From a virus, in the IMG/VR virus record IMGVR_UViG_3300005537_000002, positions 113,638-177,637 of that record: DNA of 64,000 bases; one strand, 5' to 3'. Under the pieces are notes generated by a model. The model was not told the origin of the DNA, made no database searches, and was given only the letters and a program-made list of their open reading frames with translations. A program made the position numbers and the translations under genes. Positions 38,796 through 47,920 of this stretch are shown piece after piece; position 1 is the first letter of the stretch; each line of letters opens with the position of its first letter.

Positions 38796-38839
38796 GGGGG
38801 CCTTGTCCATGGGGGTAAGGGGGTGTTTAGCCCAGGGGG
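38796..38839 (+). other. Four G5 tracts, potential G-quadruplex
   Basis: GGGGG-N10-GGGGG-N3-GGGGG-N11-GGGGG. Confidence 0.6.
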
Positions 38840-38841
38840 TC

Positions 38842-39000
38842 AAATTTCACCCTTCACAAACTAAAAATTCACACCGCCGCCCCCACTAAATCCCACCTTC
38901 ACAAAAATAAACTTCAGGTTTCACAACCCTAAAACTTTACCTTCGCCAACCACAAATTTACACTCAGTCAACTCAAATTTTACCAACCTAAAACTTTTAT
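38842..39000 (+). repeat. Phased A-tract array (AAA(C/T)TT-like units, ~22-bp period)
   Basis: A-runs end at 38844, 38867, 38890, 38911, 38934, 38956, 38977 and 38993; the strand is nearly G-free. Confidence 0.8.
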
Positions 39001-39228
39001 CGCTTGTTGCCTGGTTAGGTCGCTGTTTTGTGGCTTATAAGGAACTGCTTCCAGTGAACACGTTCACTAGTGGCTGTACTGCGGGCCAGCTTCCTGGCAG
39101 AAGGCCAGCTTACGCTAGCATTCAGGCGTCGTAGCTCGTTACGGAGAGGGTAGTAACGAAACGTTAGCGCTAGCCCACGAACTTCTACGAAGTGTTAGCA
39201 AATTGGGCAAAACTGTAACGTATTTTCC

Positions 39229-39257
39229 TTGACATCCGTGTATTGGCATGGTATACT
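39229..39257 (+). promoter_or_regulatory. Near-consensus sigma70/sigmaA promoter with extended -10
   Basis: TTGACA-17-(TGn)TATACT. Confidence 0.85.
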
Positions 39258-39855
39258 CCTTGTGTAGGGTGAGGGAGTGAGGAAACGGGTTACACAGTGT
39301 AACCCTCCTACAATCCAGGTACACCCACAAAGGAGATTTCATGGCTAGCTTAAACATCACTGCACAAAATGTTGACTCACAAGCACGCGACAAAGCGTTA
39401 AAGCTCGCGCAACAGTTGAACGTCACACTACACGGCTTTCCAACAGGGAAGGCACCTATGCTGGCAGTCATTGAGCGTGCTGGAGAAAAGCAGTGTGATG
39501 TGTACTACTCTGAGAGCCAATCACCACAAGGCATGTGTCACATCGCCGCAAGGTCAACGGGCAAGGGACCGTCAAGCAGCAACGCAAACGCAAACGGCCC
39601 ATTCAACGCCCGTGAAGTGTCGGAGCAAGTAGCTTTCCTGTTCACACGACACTATATGAACTTGCGCGTCGGAACGCCAGGACACATTACTAACCCACAA
39701 GAGACGGTAGCCAATGCCGATGGTACGGTTACGTTGAGACTGCACAACGGTCAAGCCTTTACGATCTCTGTCACTGCTGTTAAGCCTGTTACTGTCACTG
39801 AGGTTAGCCCGCTTCTTGCCAAGACTGCCAACGCTAAGTAACTCACCTGAGACAG

Positions 39856-39871
39856 TGTTTCACATGAAACA
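39856..39871. promoter_or_regulatory. parS: parS-like site 1
   Basis: TGTTTCACATGAAACA, 15/16 match to consensus TGTTTCACGTGAAACA; the palindrome extends to TGAGACAG/CTGTCTCA. Confidence 0.65.
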
Positions 39872-40281
39872 CTGTCTCATACTTCAAAGAAGGAGATTTC
39901 ACCATGTCAAGGCTGTCTAAGCTCATGGCGCAAGAGGCATTGCTCTCTGACGACGTACTGTTGACTTCGCTCGTTGCGCTTGCCGACCTATGTATGCCTA
40001 TGCCTATCGCAAAGCTTACCGACGTGCAGCAGAAAAGACTGCTCAAGATTGGCTGTACCTTTGACTTGACCGTACAGTTGACACCGTACAAGGTACACGC
40101 TCGTCTAGCGTTCGATAACTCTGAGTGCGCGTACACGCTGTATCGTTGCTCTCATCGTCAAGAGTGCAAGTTTGAACAGGTTGAACTAGCTTCAACGAGC
40201 TACCACTTGGCTGAACTGATACAGGACAACATCGATCTAGTACGACTCATGCACTTGACTGTACTCACTATCCGCTAGTTA

Positions 40282-40297
40282 TGTTTCACATGAAACA
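40282..40297. promoter_or_regulatory. parS: parS-like site 2
   Basis: Identical 16-mer, intergenic, 426 bp from site 1. Confidence 0.65.
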
Positions 40298-41662
40298 CCC
40301 AATACTTAGAAAGAAGGATCTACCATCGTGACTACTACAACCAACCAACCTGCTACCCGTTCACTGATGTCAATCTTGCGCTCGTACGGCTACACGCGTG
40401 AGACAGCGTGTGACATCCCTACTGAGACGTTACGCGGTATAGTCGATGTACACATGTACCCATGTGAGTACCTTGTAGAAATGGCTGATACGCCGTTTCC
40501 AGTTGTCGAGTCCCTTCTGTATATGGGCTATGCCTTACAGTGTACGATTGAGCGCTACATCGACACGGTACACTGTGAGCGTATAGTCGCGCTTGACGGT
40601 CAGGTACACGTATTGGGAGTCGAACAGTCTCGACACTCCTTTACAGAGATAGTAGACCTTGCGTACAGCTTCCCTACACTGTCAGACCTTGCACTAGAGT
40701 ACAGTACCGACCCCATAGTATGCGGTATCCTGATCGACTCAACCACTTATCCGTACAGTGAGGTGCAACCATGCGCATAGTTGCCCAACGACCAACTGAC
40801 ACGCCTTCTAAGTTGAGACAGGCGCACATCACACTACGACGCCTGTACCTGACATCGCTCGTCGTGTGTCGTGTGTCTGGCGCTATCGTAGAGGTACTAC
40901 GACTAGCACGCTACCGTATTGTTACAGCGTGGATCGACTCAGCAGAATAAGGAGTTACCTCAATGGAGAGACGATTTTCACTATGGCCCGTTGGCGTAGA
41001 CATGCATACCCTTGTACCTATGATTGCGCTATTCTTTGTACTACTGGCATACGCCCTACACCCACGTACAGACGAGCGTTACAGTTTTGATGCGTTCTAC
41101 AATCGGTTGACCCCTACAACTCAGGATCAAGTAGGCTATTGCCCACCTGAGAATGTGCCTACTGGTATGGTTGTACACTGTGCCAACACTGGCGCTAACC
41201 CTACTGTACAACAAAGTGACTTGTGGTCTATGTGGGATGAGTGGAAACTGTGTACACACTATCAGGACAGTTTCGCGTGTGCATCGTTGCAGCAATAGTA
41301 GAATGGCCCTCCCTATGGCTGAGGTGGTGGTATGGTAGAGGTCTGAGTCGATCAGTAGTGCAATGGCTGATCGACTCAGCGTACAGGAGCCACTAGCAGA
41401 GTGTTTCGTATAGCCAAGCCAAGATGAACTGGTGCGACCCTGGATAGTTTCTAGCCCTAGTGCAATCGCTTAAACAGCGTTGCACTAGGGCTACAGGCGT
41501 TTTAAGTTTTAGTTGAGTAAGGGAGCGGCGATGAAATGGTCCCGAAGCGCCCCCTGGGCAAAACGCAGCATGACTCTCACTCCACTCCGCCTTTTGTAGC
41601 TAGCGATTTCCCCTGCCAATGTGTAAGCCAACGTTGCTGACGTAAGGGTCACCAGCCGCCTC

Positions 41663-41691
41663 TTGATTTCTGAGACGACATCATGTATAAT
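41663..41691 (+). promoter_or_regulatory. sigma70-type promoter (TTGATT class)
   Basis: TTGATT-17-TATAAT. Confidence 0.7.
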
Positions 41692-41827
41692 ATAATTACT
41701 TAATCACATGCGGATACTGGTACCGCAGACTCCCGCCGTCAGGAAATTGCACCCGTACGGATCGCGATGGAGTCAGCTCTACACCGGCCACGGTATTTCC
41801 GCACCATACAATAAGAAGGAGAACGCG

Positions 41828-42175
41828 ATGTCAGACTCTACATTCCTCACGGGGAACGAACCAAGCGGCAACGATGGTGGTACTAGGCTCGACTTCACCG
41901 GCAGTAACCGCATGTCCACACATTCAGGCAACGGTCTCGATCAAGTCGCCCTCAATCGTCTACTGCCTGTGCTCGTAGAGGCACGTACTAGAGGACGAAT
42001 GATGCCCGCGGACCTATCACGAACAGCGCAGGAATGGTTGGCCGAGTACGCCAACGAGAACTATGCCACTGTGCTAACCGGAACGGCAAGGGTGGAATGG
42101 CGTATTCATCACCTAGCAGTCGTGATGGAGCAAATGAAAGCACAGGAAGACACGCTCAAAGCGATGTCGAAGTAA
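41828..42175 (+). CDS. Hypothetical protein
   Basis: AAGGAG RBS before ATG 41828. Confidence 0.7.
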   Translation: MSDSTFLTGNEPSGNDGGTRLDFTGSNRMSTHSGNGLDQVALNRLLPVLVEARTRGRMMPADLSRTAQEWLAEYANENYATVLTGTARVEWRIHHLAVVMEQMKAQEDTLKAMSK

Positions 42176-42190
42176 AGGAGGAAGACTCGG

Positions 42191-42940
42191 ATGCGTTTGT
42201 TTATGCTACCTTCGAGTGGCGACTTTTGCTCTAAGCACCTAGTTATCGAACACGCTAGTACGCACTTGTGTAGCAGACTGTTTCAACGCGGTAAGAGGTT
42301 TGACACCTACCGTGGTCGCAACTTACTACAACTACACGGTTTGGAGGACTACCACGACACGCTAGTAGCAGAAATGGAACGTCGTGGTATGCGACATCGC
42401 AGTCCTTTCCCTGAAGGGCTGCAGTACCCAAACGTTGGAACTGTCGATACTAAGCAGTCTAGTATCGAACTAGGTGTGATGTGCGATGAGTGTCGTGTAC
42501 GACTGGAACTGAACATGAACACAGGTGAGTTATTAACTGCGTTTCGACGCCTGCTAGAGGAACGTAACTCACTGGCTGATGAGCACACGTTAGTATTGTG
42601 GCAGTTGGATCAAGCGTTACAAAGCGTTGAACCGATTGTCCGTCAGTACGACCCAACTGAACTTGAGACTATGGTCCGTTGGGCCGAACACATTCACCTG
42701 AAAGAGACCACAGAGCGAATTCAGCTAACTAACAAGTCTGAAGAGGTTCGGTGGCTCGCTGCTAACATCGCTGCCATTTACGGTATGCTGTCAACTCGAG
42801 CGACTCAAGGCTTGAAACTCGCTGAAAGTACAGGTAGAGACTACGTAGACACCGTAGTTGAAGACCTGCAGGTTATGTTCGGGCCAGAAGAAGACGACAG
42901 TGACGGCGACGGTAACACAGGCAACCCCAAGACGAACTAA
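42191..42940 (+). CDS. Pyrimidine-dimer glycosylase/endonuclease V-like domain fused to a helical C-terminal domain
   Basis: MRLF..C.KHLVIEH..H...HDTLVAEMERRGMRHRSP..CDECR matches the short DenV-like family pattern. Confidence 0.7.
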   Translation: MRLFMLPSSGDFCSKHLVIEHASTHLCSRLFQRGKRFDTYRGRNLLQLHGLEDYHDTLVAEMERRGMRHRSPFPEGLQYPNVGTVDTKQSSIELGVMCDECRVRLELNMNTGELLTAFRRLLEERNSLADEHTLVLWQLDQALQSVEPIVRQYDPTELETMVRWAEHIHLKETTERIQLTNKSEEVRWLAANIAAIYGMLSTRATQGLKLAESTGRDYVDTVVEDLQVMFGPEEDDSDGDGNTGNPKTN

Positions 42941-43026
42941 TCATAGTATCAGTGGCTGTCCTACTCCATAGCCACTGATACTATAGTTTGAGAGTGTCCC
43001 TACTACTAAACGTCAAACGGTTACTC

Positions 43027-43056
43027 TTGATTTGGGTTTCGGTTTACGATTATAAT
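43027..43056 (+). promoter_or_regulatory. sigma70-type promoter (TTGATT class)
   Basis: TTGATT-18-TATAAT. Confidence 0.75.
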
Positions 43057-43153
43057 ATAAACATATAGGTACTCTTCGCTACAGTGGTGCCTATTTTACT
43101 TAGTAGAAGGCCAACATTTCTCAACAAAGGAATGTGGGAGGAAGGAAGAAGTT

Positions 43154-44185
43154 ATGAAGAATACTTGCGCCCGTGAAGGTTGCAACAACGATGCAGTTAA
43201 TAAGTACTGCAGCATGAGGTGCTTCGGCTTGGATAGGTCAGCTAAACAAGCACTTGCACCAGTTCCTGTAAACACCTGTGCTTTACCGACATGCAACGCA
43301 CCCCTGCCAAAGGGTCATACCGGTAAGTACTGCCCTAAGACGGATCACTTCCCGCAGCATATGGCACTGAAGCGAGCAGTCTCTGCTGAAGAGCGTGAAG
43401 AGCAGTCTGTGTCGATCGCTTCACGCACAACCACTACGGAGACTGTGTTCGCTGCACAGTACAAAGTGGAACGGTCGAGAGCGTTTTTTGAGAAGACACA
43501 GGAAGAGTTGCGACAGACTCGAGAGGATAGCGAAAGGGAGGATAAGTGGTCCGCTTTTGAACACAGGTTTTCAGAGGTTGGAGCAGCTCTTATCCCAGTC
43601 ATCATGGCTATCGCCATTGGTGCTGACATCGCCGTGTTTCTGTGGAAACACAGTGGTGAGACCAATCCGTTTCTCAACCTACCCCTGCTGTTCCTGTCGA
43701 TTGGTTTTGAGATTGCACTCGCGGCTCTCACGTATCATATTAGGGGCTTACTGAAGGACAAGACTCTAGCACCTGAGTCGATGAAGGAGTCGGTAGAGCA
43801 GCGTTTTCGATCAGCTAGGACCGGTTGGTTCTTCCTAGCTATAGTATCATCACTAGCACAGTTTGCTGCTATCACCGGTGCAGACCTTACTGGACTAAAC
43901 TTACTAGTTGGGACTGTCATCGCAGTACGTGTATTGGGAACAACTGGCGTAGATGGAGTCATTGCGCTGTGCTTTGCACCGCGAGTCAAGACTCCTGCGA
44001 TGAGGGTCGCAGAACTGCGACAGGAAGCTGATGACTTACTCCAGTTGGCTGGAGCAATGAGGGAACGGCTTATCGCTGAGGGTGCTGTACGGTTGCAGTT
44101 CTTAGAGCTAGATCGACCTGCAGTGGGGTCTGTTAACGGGATCACGGAAGTACCTGACGCTAACGATTCCCAAGCTTCCGCGTGA
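43154..44185 (+). CDS. Membrane protein with two N-terminal Cys-rich Zn-finger repeats and a coiled coil
   Basis: TCAREGC..KYCSMRC / TCALPTC..KYCP repeats, a charged helix, then about 4 hydrophobic segments. Confidence 0.7.
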   Translation: MKNTCAREGCNNDAVNKYCSMRCFGLDRSAKQALAPVPVNTCALPTCNAPLPKGHTGKYCPKTDHFPQHMALKRAVSAEEREEQSVSIASRTTTTETVFAAQYKVERSRAFFEKTQEELRQTREDSEREDKWSAFEHRFSEVGAALIPVIMAIAIGADIAVFLWKHSGETNPFLNLPLLFLSIGFEIALAALTYHIRGLLKDKTLAPESMKESVEQRFRSARTGWFFLAIVSSLAQFAAITGADLTGLNLLVGTVIAVRVLGTTGVDGVIALCFAPRVKTPAMRVAELRQEADDLLQLAGAMRERLIAEGAVRLQFLELDRPAVGSVNGITEVPDANDSQASA

Positions 44186-44573
44186 TACGATCGAAGATGC
44201 TAGTAACGTTCGATGGTGGAGCTGCTGTTTGCTGTCGAACGTTCAGTTCCAATACTGTGGAGTGGTAGTAGCAGTGGATGAAATAACGTCCTTCATCGTG
44301 GAGTTTGAGGTCACAGGCAATGCCTCCACGATGAAGGACGTCTAAACAATCAACTAGTTGTTCGTATTCCGCTTGGTAACCGTCCTCAGTGGTTTCGTCG
44401 TCTTCCATGAAACGAGTCCATACTACGCAGACTGCACCGGTTTGAGGATCAATGTACAGTTCGTAGCCCGAACTTAGTAACGGACGGTTATCATCAACTT
44501 CTGGACCGTATTTGCATCTTACTACACTACGCAAAGCTAAGTGTGCTTGTAGCGCAGTACGAGATGCATACAT
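44160..44573 (-). CDS. Hypothetical protein
   Basis: Last gene of the minus-strand run; converges on 43154-44185. Confidence 0.65.
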   Translation of the reverse strand: MYASRTALQAHLALRSVVRCKYGPEVDDNRPLLSSGYELYIDPQTGAVCVVWTRFMEDDETTEDGYQAEYEQLVDCLDVLHRGGIACDLKLHDEGRYFIHCYYHSTVLELNVRQQTAAPPSNVTSIFDRITRKLGNR

Positions 44574-44579
44574 AACAGA

Positions 44580-44903
44580 TTACACCTTTCCAGCTTTGAC
44601 GGCTACGCAATACAGACGTCGTGCTTGGTTGTAGCTGAATAACGTGTCAGTGTTTAAACCTCTCCAGAAGTTGATGAACGCAACATCCGCCTCTATACGA
44701 CGTGCTAGTTCCTCACGTGTACAGACAGTTGCGTTACCGCAGTTCGCACACTTAGTACGTGTACGTTCGTTACGCTCAAACCCACACTCCAGACAGACTC
44801 GATGAGGTTCCTCAGTCCCGTACTCGATCATATATTCGACCTGACTTACTATAACGCTATAGTTAGTTTTTACTGGGTGTATATACATAGATATATAAAT
44901 CAT
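44580..44903 (-). CDS. Zn-ribbon protein (true start probably downstream of 44903)
   Basis: CLECG..CANCG. Confidence 0.6.
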   Translation of the reverse strand: MIYISMYIHPVKTNYSVIVSQVEYMIEYGTEEPHRVCLECGFERNERTRTKCANCGNATVCTREELARRIEADVAFINFWRGLNTDTLFSYNQARRLYCVAVKAGKV

Positions 44904-44938
44904 ACGTATACGTTTGCAGCCCGAGTAAAAACTAACTA
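44860..44938. repeat. Inverted repeat, element copy 2
   Basis: TAGTTAGTTTTTACT / AGTAAAAACTAACTA arms; spacer shares TAAATCATAC with copy 1. Confidence 0.85.
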
Positions 44939-44951
44939 CAACCGTTTCTAA

Positions 44952-45536
44952 TTATGGTTGCTTGTAAATGGGTCTTCCAGTTTCAGTGCTTTTCCCAACA
45001 GGCTGTTGTGCTCGCCTTGCAGCAGCGATGTTATCCTTTACTGTTTGGCTAAGCGTCTTTCCCTTCATGGGATGGTCATTATGTTTGTAGTACTCTGTCA
45101 CAGCCACTCGCAGCTTCTCCTTCTGTTCCGGGGGCATAGGTGGACGTTTACCCGCAGTCGTTGGTGTAGTAGTTGGCTGCACTATCTGCGTTTGAGTCAC
45201 GACTACAACCGGTGTCTCTTCCGTGACGGGTTCAGCAATCTCGGATGGCTCAGCTACTACTGTAGTTGCATCGTCTAGCACAGACGGGTGTTCTTGCACC
45301 TCAACAACTGGCAGTTCAGTCTCAGTGTCAGGACCTTCTTCTACGTCAGGTTTAGGACTAGCGTCAACTACTTCCTCGACGGGTTTGACTACGACAGCAT
45401 CTAGCTGTGCTTCTGTAGTTGGCTCGACAGAGCCTAATTCTGGTTCGCCCAACTCAAGCTCGAGTGTGGCGGTCTCAACGTTAGCGACTGCCTTACGACG
45501 ACGTGATGTTCCTTCGGATGTCTTCTTACGTGGCAT
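44952..45536 (-). CDS. Basic N-terminus, acidic low-complexity core, C-terminal NUMOD3-like motifs
   Basis: PMPPEQKEKLR and HPMKGKTLSQTVKDNIAAAR. Confidence 0.6.
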   Translation of the reverse strand: MPRKKTSEGTSRRRKAVANVETATLELELGEPELGSVEPTTEAQLDAVVVKPVEEVVDASPKPDVEEGPDTETELPVVEVQEHPSVLDDATTVVAEPSEIAEPVTEETPVVVVTQTQIVQPTTTPTTAGKRPPMPPEQKEKLRVAVTEYYKHNDHPMKGKTLSQTVKDNIAAARRAQQPVGKSTETGRPIYKQP

Positions 45537-45597
45537 GGGGATCCAACTCCTTTTCGGTACAATGGAGCGTTTGCTCCTTGTTTTATTATATATGTAT

Positions 45598-45627
45598 ATT
45601 ATAAACGAAGTACCGACAGAAAATCAA
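45598..45627 (-). promoter_or_regulatory. sigma70-type promoter (TTGATT class)
   Basis: Minus-strand TTGATT-18-TATAAT. Confidence 0.75.
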
Positions 45628-45667
45628 GAGTGTCCCCTACAGTTATGACTGCAATTTTTCTCAGGCG

Positions 45668-46102
45668 TTACCTGCTTAGGTTGTGGAGGCCCACTAAAAC
45701 CTCTAGCGATAGATGCTGATAACTACCTACTGTGGAGTGCAAGTACCGCAATAAGTGAGCACAGGCGTCAATGTGATGTGCGAGCACCTTATGAGGTTTC
45801 AACAGTAAGGTTGCGTCATCTAAGAACGCTGTCCGAGACGAGGGTGTTTGCTGCACCAACAGTAGGTGGTGCAATTCTGAGAAGGCTTCGATGGCACCGA
45901 TGACTTTGACTGTACGTAGCATCGGTCCATGAGACACATTACCTGAGTTGAACGACTCGCACACGATAACCCCAGAGGGTCCGATGTGCTGCAGATACAG
46001 ATGTAAGTCTGTATACGTCTTTAGCACATCGGTGTAGAGCGTTAGCTCCCTTAGGTACGCGATCCCGATACTGACTCCAGGATCGACACAGAAAACTTCC
46101 AA
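45668..46102 (-). CDS. RuvC-like Holliday junction resolvase
   Basis: VFCVDPG, VCESF, VIGAIE and HHIDACAH acidic motifs of the RNase H/RuvC fold. Confidence 0.75.
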   Translation of the reverse strand: MEVFCVDPGVSIGIAYLRELTLYTDVLKTYTDLHLYLQHIGPSGVIVCESFNSGNVSHGPMLRTVKVIGAIEAFSELHHLLLVQQTPSSRTAFLDDATLLLKPHKVLAHHIDACAHLLRYLHSTVGSYQHLSLEVLVGLHNLSR

Positions 46103-46121
46103 CTGACTACCACTCCAACTG

Positions 46122-46589
46122 TTACGCTACCGCTTCCTCCTCAGCAACGTAGTACGTCTTCACGGACCGTTCTCCGTGAAGGAACTTAGGTCTGCTGTAG
46201 ATGCGGCCTTCTTGTTCCAATCGTGCAAGAGCCTCTTCCACAATACTTCTCTTGAATGAGGTCATCAGACAATTCGATCCTGGTTGCCCTGGATTGGTTC
46301 TGATCCATCGATAGACTTTGTCCGCGACTTCATCCTCCTTTGTACGTAAGAGCTCGGATTCAGGTGCCTGTCCTTTTGGGTAGTATTTTGTGATTGGTCT
46401 GTGGTCCGTCCTTACTAGACGGACTTCGATGAGACCTGCTTCCTCCAACTCACGTAATGCTTCGTGTACTTGCACACGTGCAGTACCTGCCATTAGATTC
46501 GTGAGCGGCACTCCGGGCCATAGTTCGATTTGTGCCAACGCTCTCTCGGCGTGTTTCGAGAGCTCAATCGTTGAGACCATGTTCTGCAT
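46122..46589 (-). CDS. Tandem winged-HTH protein
   Basis: Two repeats: VHEALRELEEAGLIEVR and VEEALARLEQEGRIYSR. Confidence 0.65.
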   Translation of the reverse strand: MQNMVSTIELSKHAERALAQIELWPGVPLTNLMAGTARVQVHEALRELEEAGLIEVRLVRTDHRPITKYYPKGQAPESELLRTKEDEVADKVYRWIRTNPGQPGSNCLMTSFKRSIVEEALARLEQEGRIYSRPKFLHGERSVKTYYVAEEEAVA

Positions 46590-46645
46590 TCTCCTTGCTT
46601 ATTGAAACTACTTGGCACTGCGAGGCACTCCGACTGATGTTTATA

Positions 46646-46674
46646 ATTATATAATATAGCATAATGAAAATCAA
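46646..46674 (-). promoter_or_regulatory. sigma70-type promoter (TTGATT class)
   Basis: Minus-strand TTGATT-17-TATAAT. Confidence 0.7.
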
Positions 46675-46742
46675 GGTGGTTCGGGTCTCCTACGCAAAGC
46701 ACAGTCGCGTTGTAGGGACTTTATACAAGAACTTCGATAACT

Positions 46743-46818
46743 CGGATAATTTTTTAAGCTCCCCCCATATATATAATATTTTATCGCGGGGGTATTAAAA
46801 ATATAACGTTGCTATCGA
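46743..46818 (+). repeat. CCCCCCATATATAT element copy 2
   Basis: CGGA..TTTTTTA..CCCCCCATATATAT..GCGG..AAAATATA..TGCTATCGA, colinear with 34303-34375. Confidence 0.8.
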
Positions 46819-47008
46819 TCTCTACTTTACTTATCAATGGTGTACCATGTATATCACACATGATTTCTAAAGTGAAAGTACTTGTTTGCCTTAATTTCGA
46901 AATGGCGCCATATAGCATAGCTGAGCCGTGTTTTTACAATACATGAGCTTATCTGGAAACGTAGCTAGGTTGCTTACGTACATCCTAGGGGTGGACCTAC
47001 AACTGCCC

Positions 47009-47038
47009 TTGATTTTTCATATGTACGTCATGTATAAT
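47009..47038 (+). promoter_or_regulatory. sigma70-type promoter (TTGATT class)
   Basis: TTGATT-18-TATAAT. Confidence 0.75.
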
Positions 47039-47058
47039 TAAATTAATGACGTACATAT

Positions 47059-47920
47059 GTGACAAAGGTGGTGTATATGCCTCAGCCGATCTGGCAAGTG
47101 TTTCTTATCTGTGTTGTAGCTGAGCTGCTAGCGTACGTACTGTGCACGTATGGGAGTAGGAAGTCTATTCCTCCAATGCATTGGACTACTCTAGGGGATG
47201 CTCCCACATTAAAGTTGAAGTCGACGAAGCATAGAGAGTTGCATGTCTGAGTTGGTGTTAACGATGACAGGAACACCTCATATGCTCAAGCGCGTGAGTG
47301 AGTACGTACTCGTACACTTTCCGTATGAGGTTGGTGACCTCCCGCTAGGTATGAAGCCTTCTGTAGAGGGTTTGGTGCTGATCCTACACGTAAGTGAGTT
47401 TGCAGAACGTTCGATGTCGTACCCAACCTTTATAACGCAAACAGTGGAGTATTTTCGTAACGATAGAGTGCCGATAGTGTACGAGTTGGTGTCGGACTAC
47501 TACCCATTGCAGCTGTGCTTTACGAGTGGGGTAGTAGCAGAACGTGTAGTGGAGCAGATACGTGCTATCGCGAACGAACCTTGGGTAGTGAGTTTGGATC
47601 GGCGGTGCGTGTATGTGATGCTCAAGAGGGCGTTCCTGTCGCCGTTACAGTGCAGTAGTTTAGTCGAACATAGAGATATTGAGTGGTGGGACTTCCTAGG
47701 CGGAGAAGATGACTGGTCCTACGAAAAGTTGTGTGGACTGTTGTGTAGGTTATACAGTCCAGGGTATATAATAGTAGTGGATAAGCACGGTAGGTTTCAA
47801 CCAAGACCGGCTATACAGATGGCGTCTTGGACAGATGTTACCTTCACGAGATTAGAGTCTGCTCTTAACTACTTGCGAAAGCGGAAAGGGGTGAGTGATG
47901 CCACCACAGTGGAGAGCTAA
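47059..47920 (+). CDS. Small membrane protein (47059-47250) and hypothetical protein (47243-47920)
   Basis: Overlapping ORFs downstream of the promoter. Confidence 0.65.

Larger units (their letters stand above)
39341..41298 (+). other. Hinge operon: CDS 39341-39841, 39904-40278, 40328-40780, 40771-40950 (short), 41002-41298 (membrane-anchored, 4 Cys)
   Basis: RBS before the starts (e.g. AAAGGAG at 39341); visibly more C-rich than the upstream genes. Confidence 0.75.

Noticed and set aside
39053-39307. Palindromes GTGAACACGTTCAC (~39054) and GGTTACACAGTGTAACC (~39288) as matS-type chromosome sites
   Set aside because: Spacing differs from matS (GTGACRNYGTCAC), and similar single palindromes occur before many genes here
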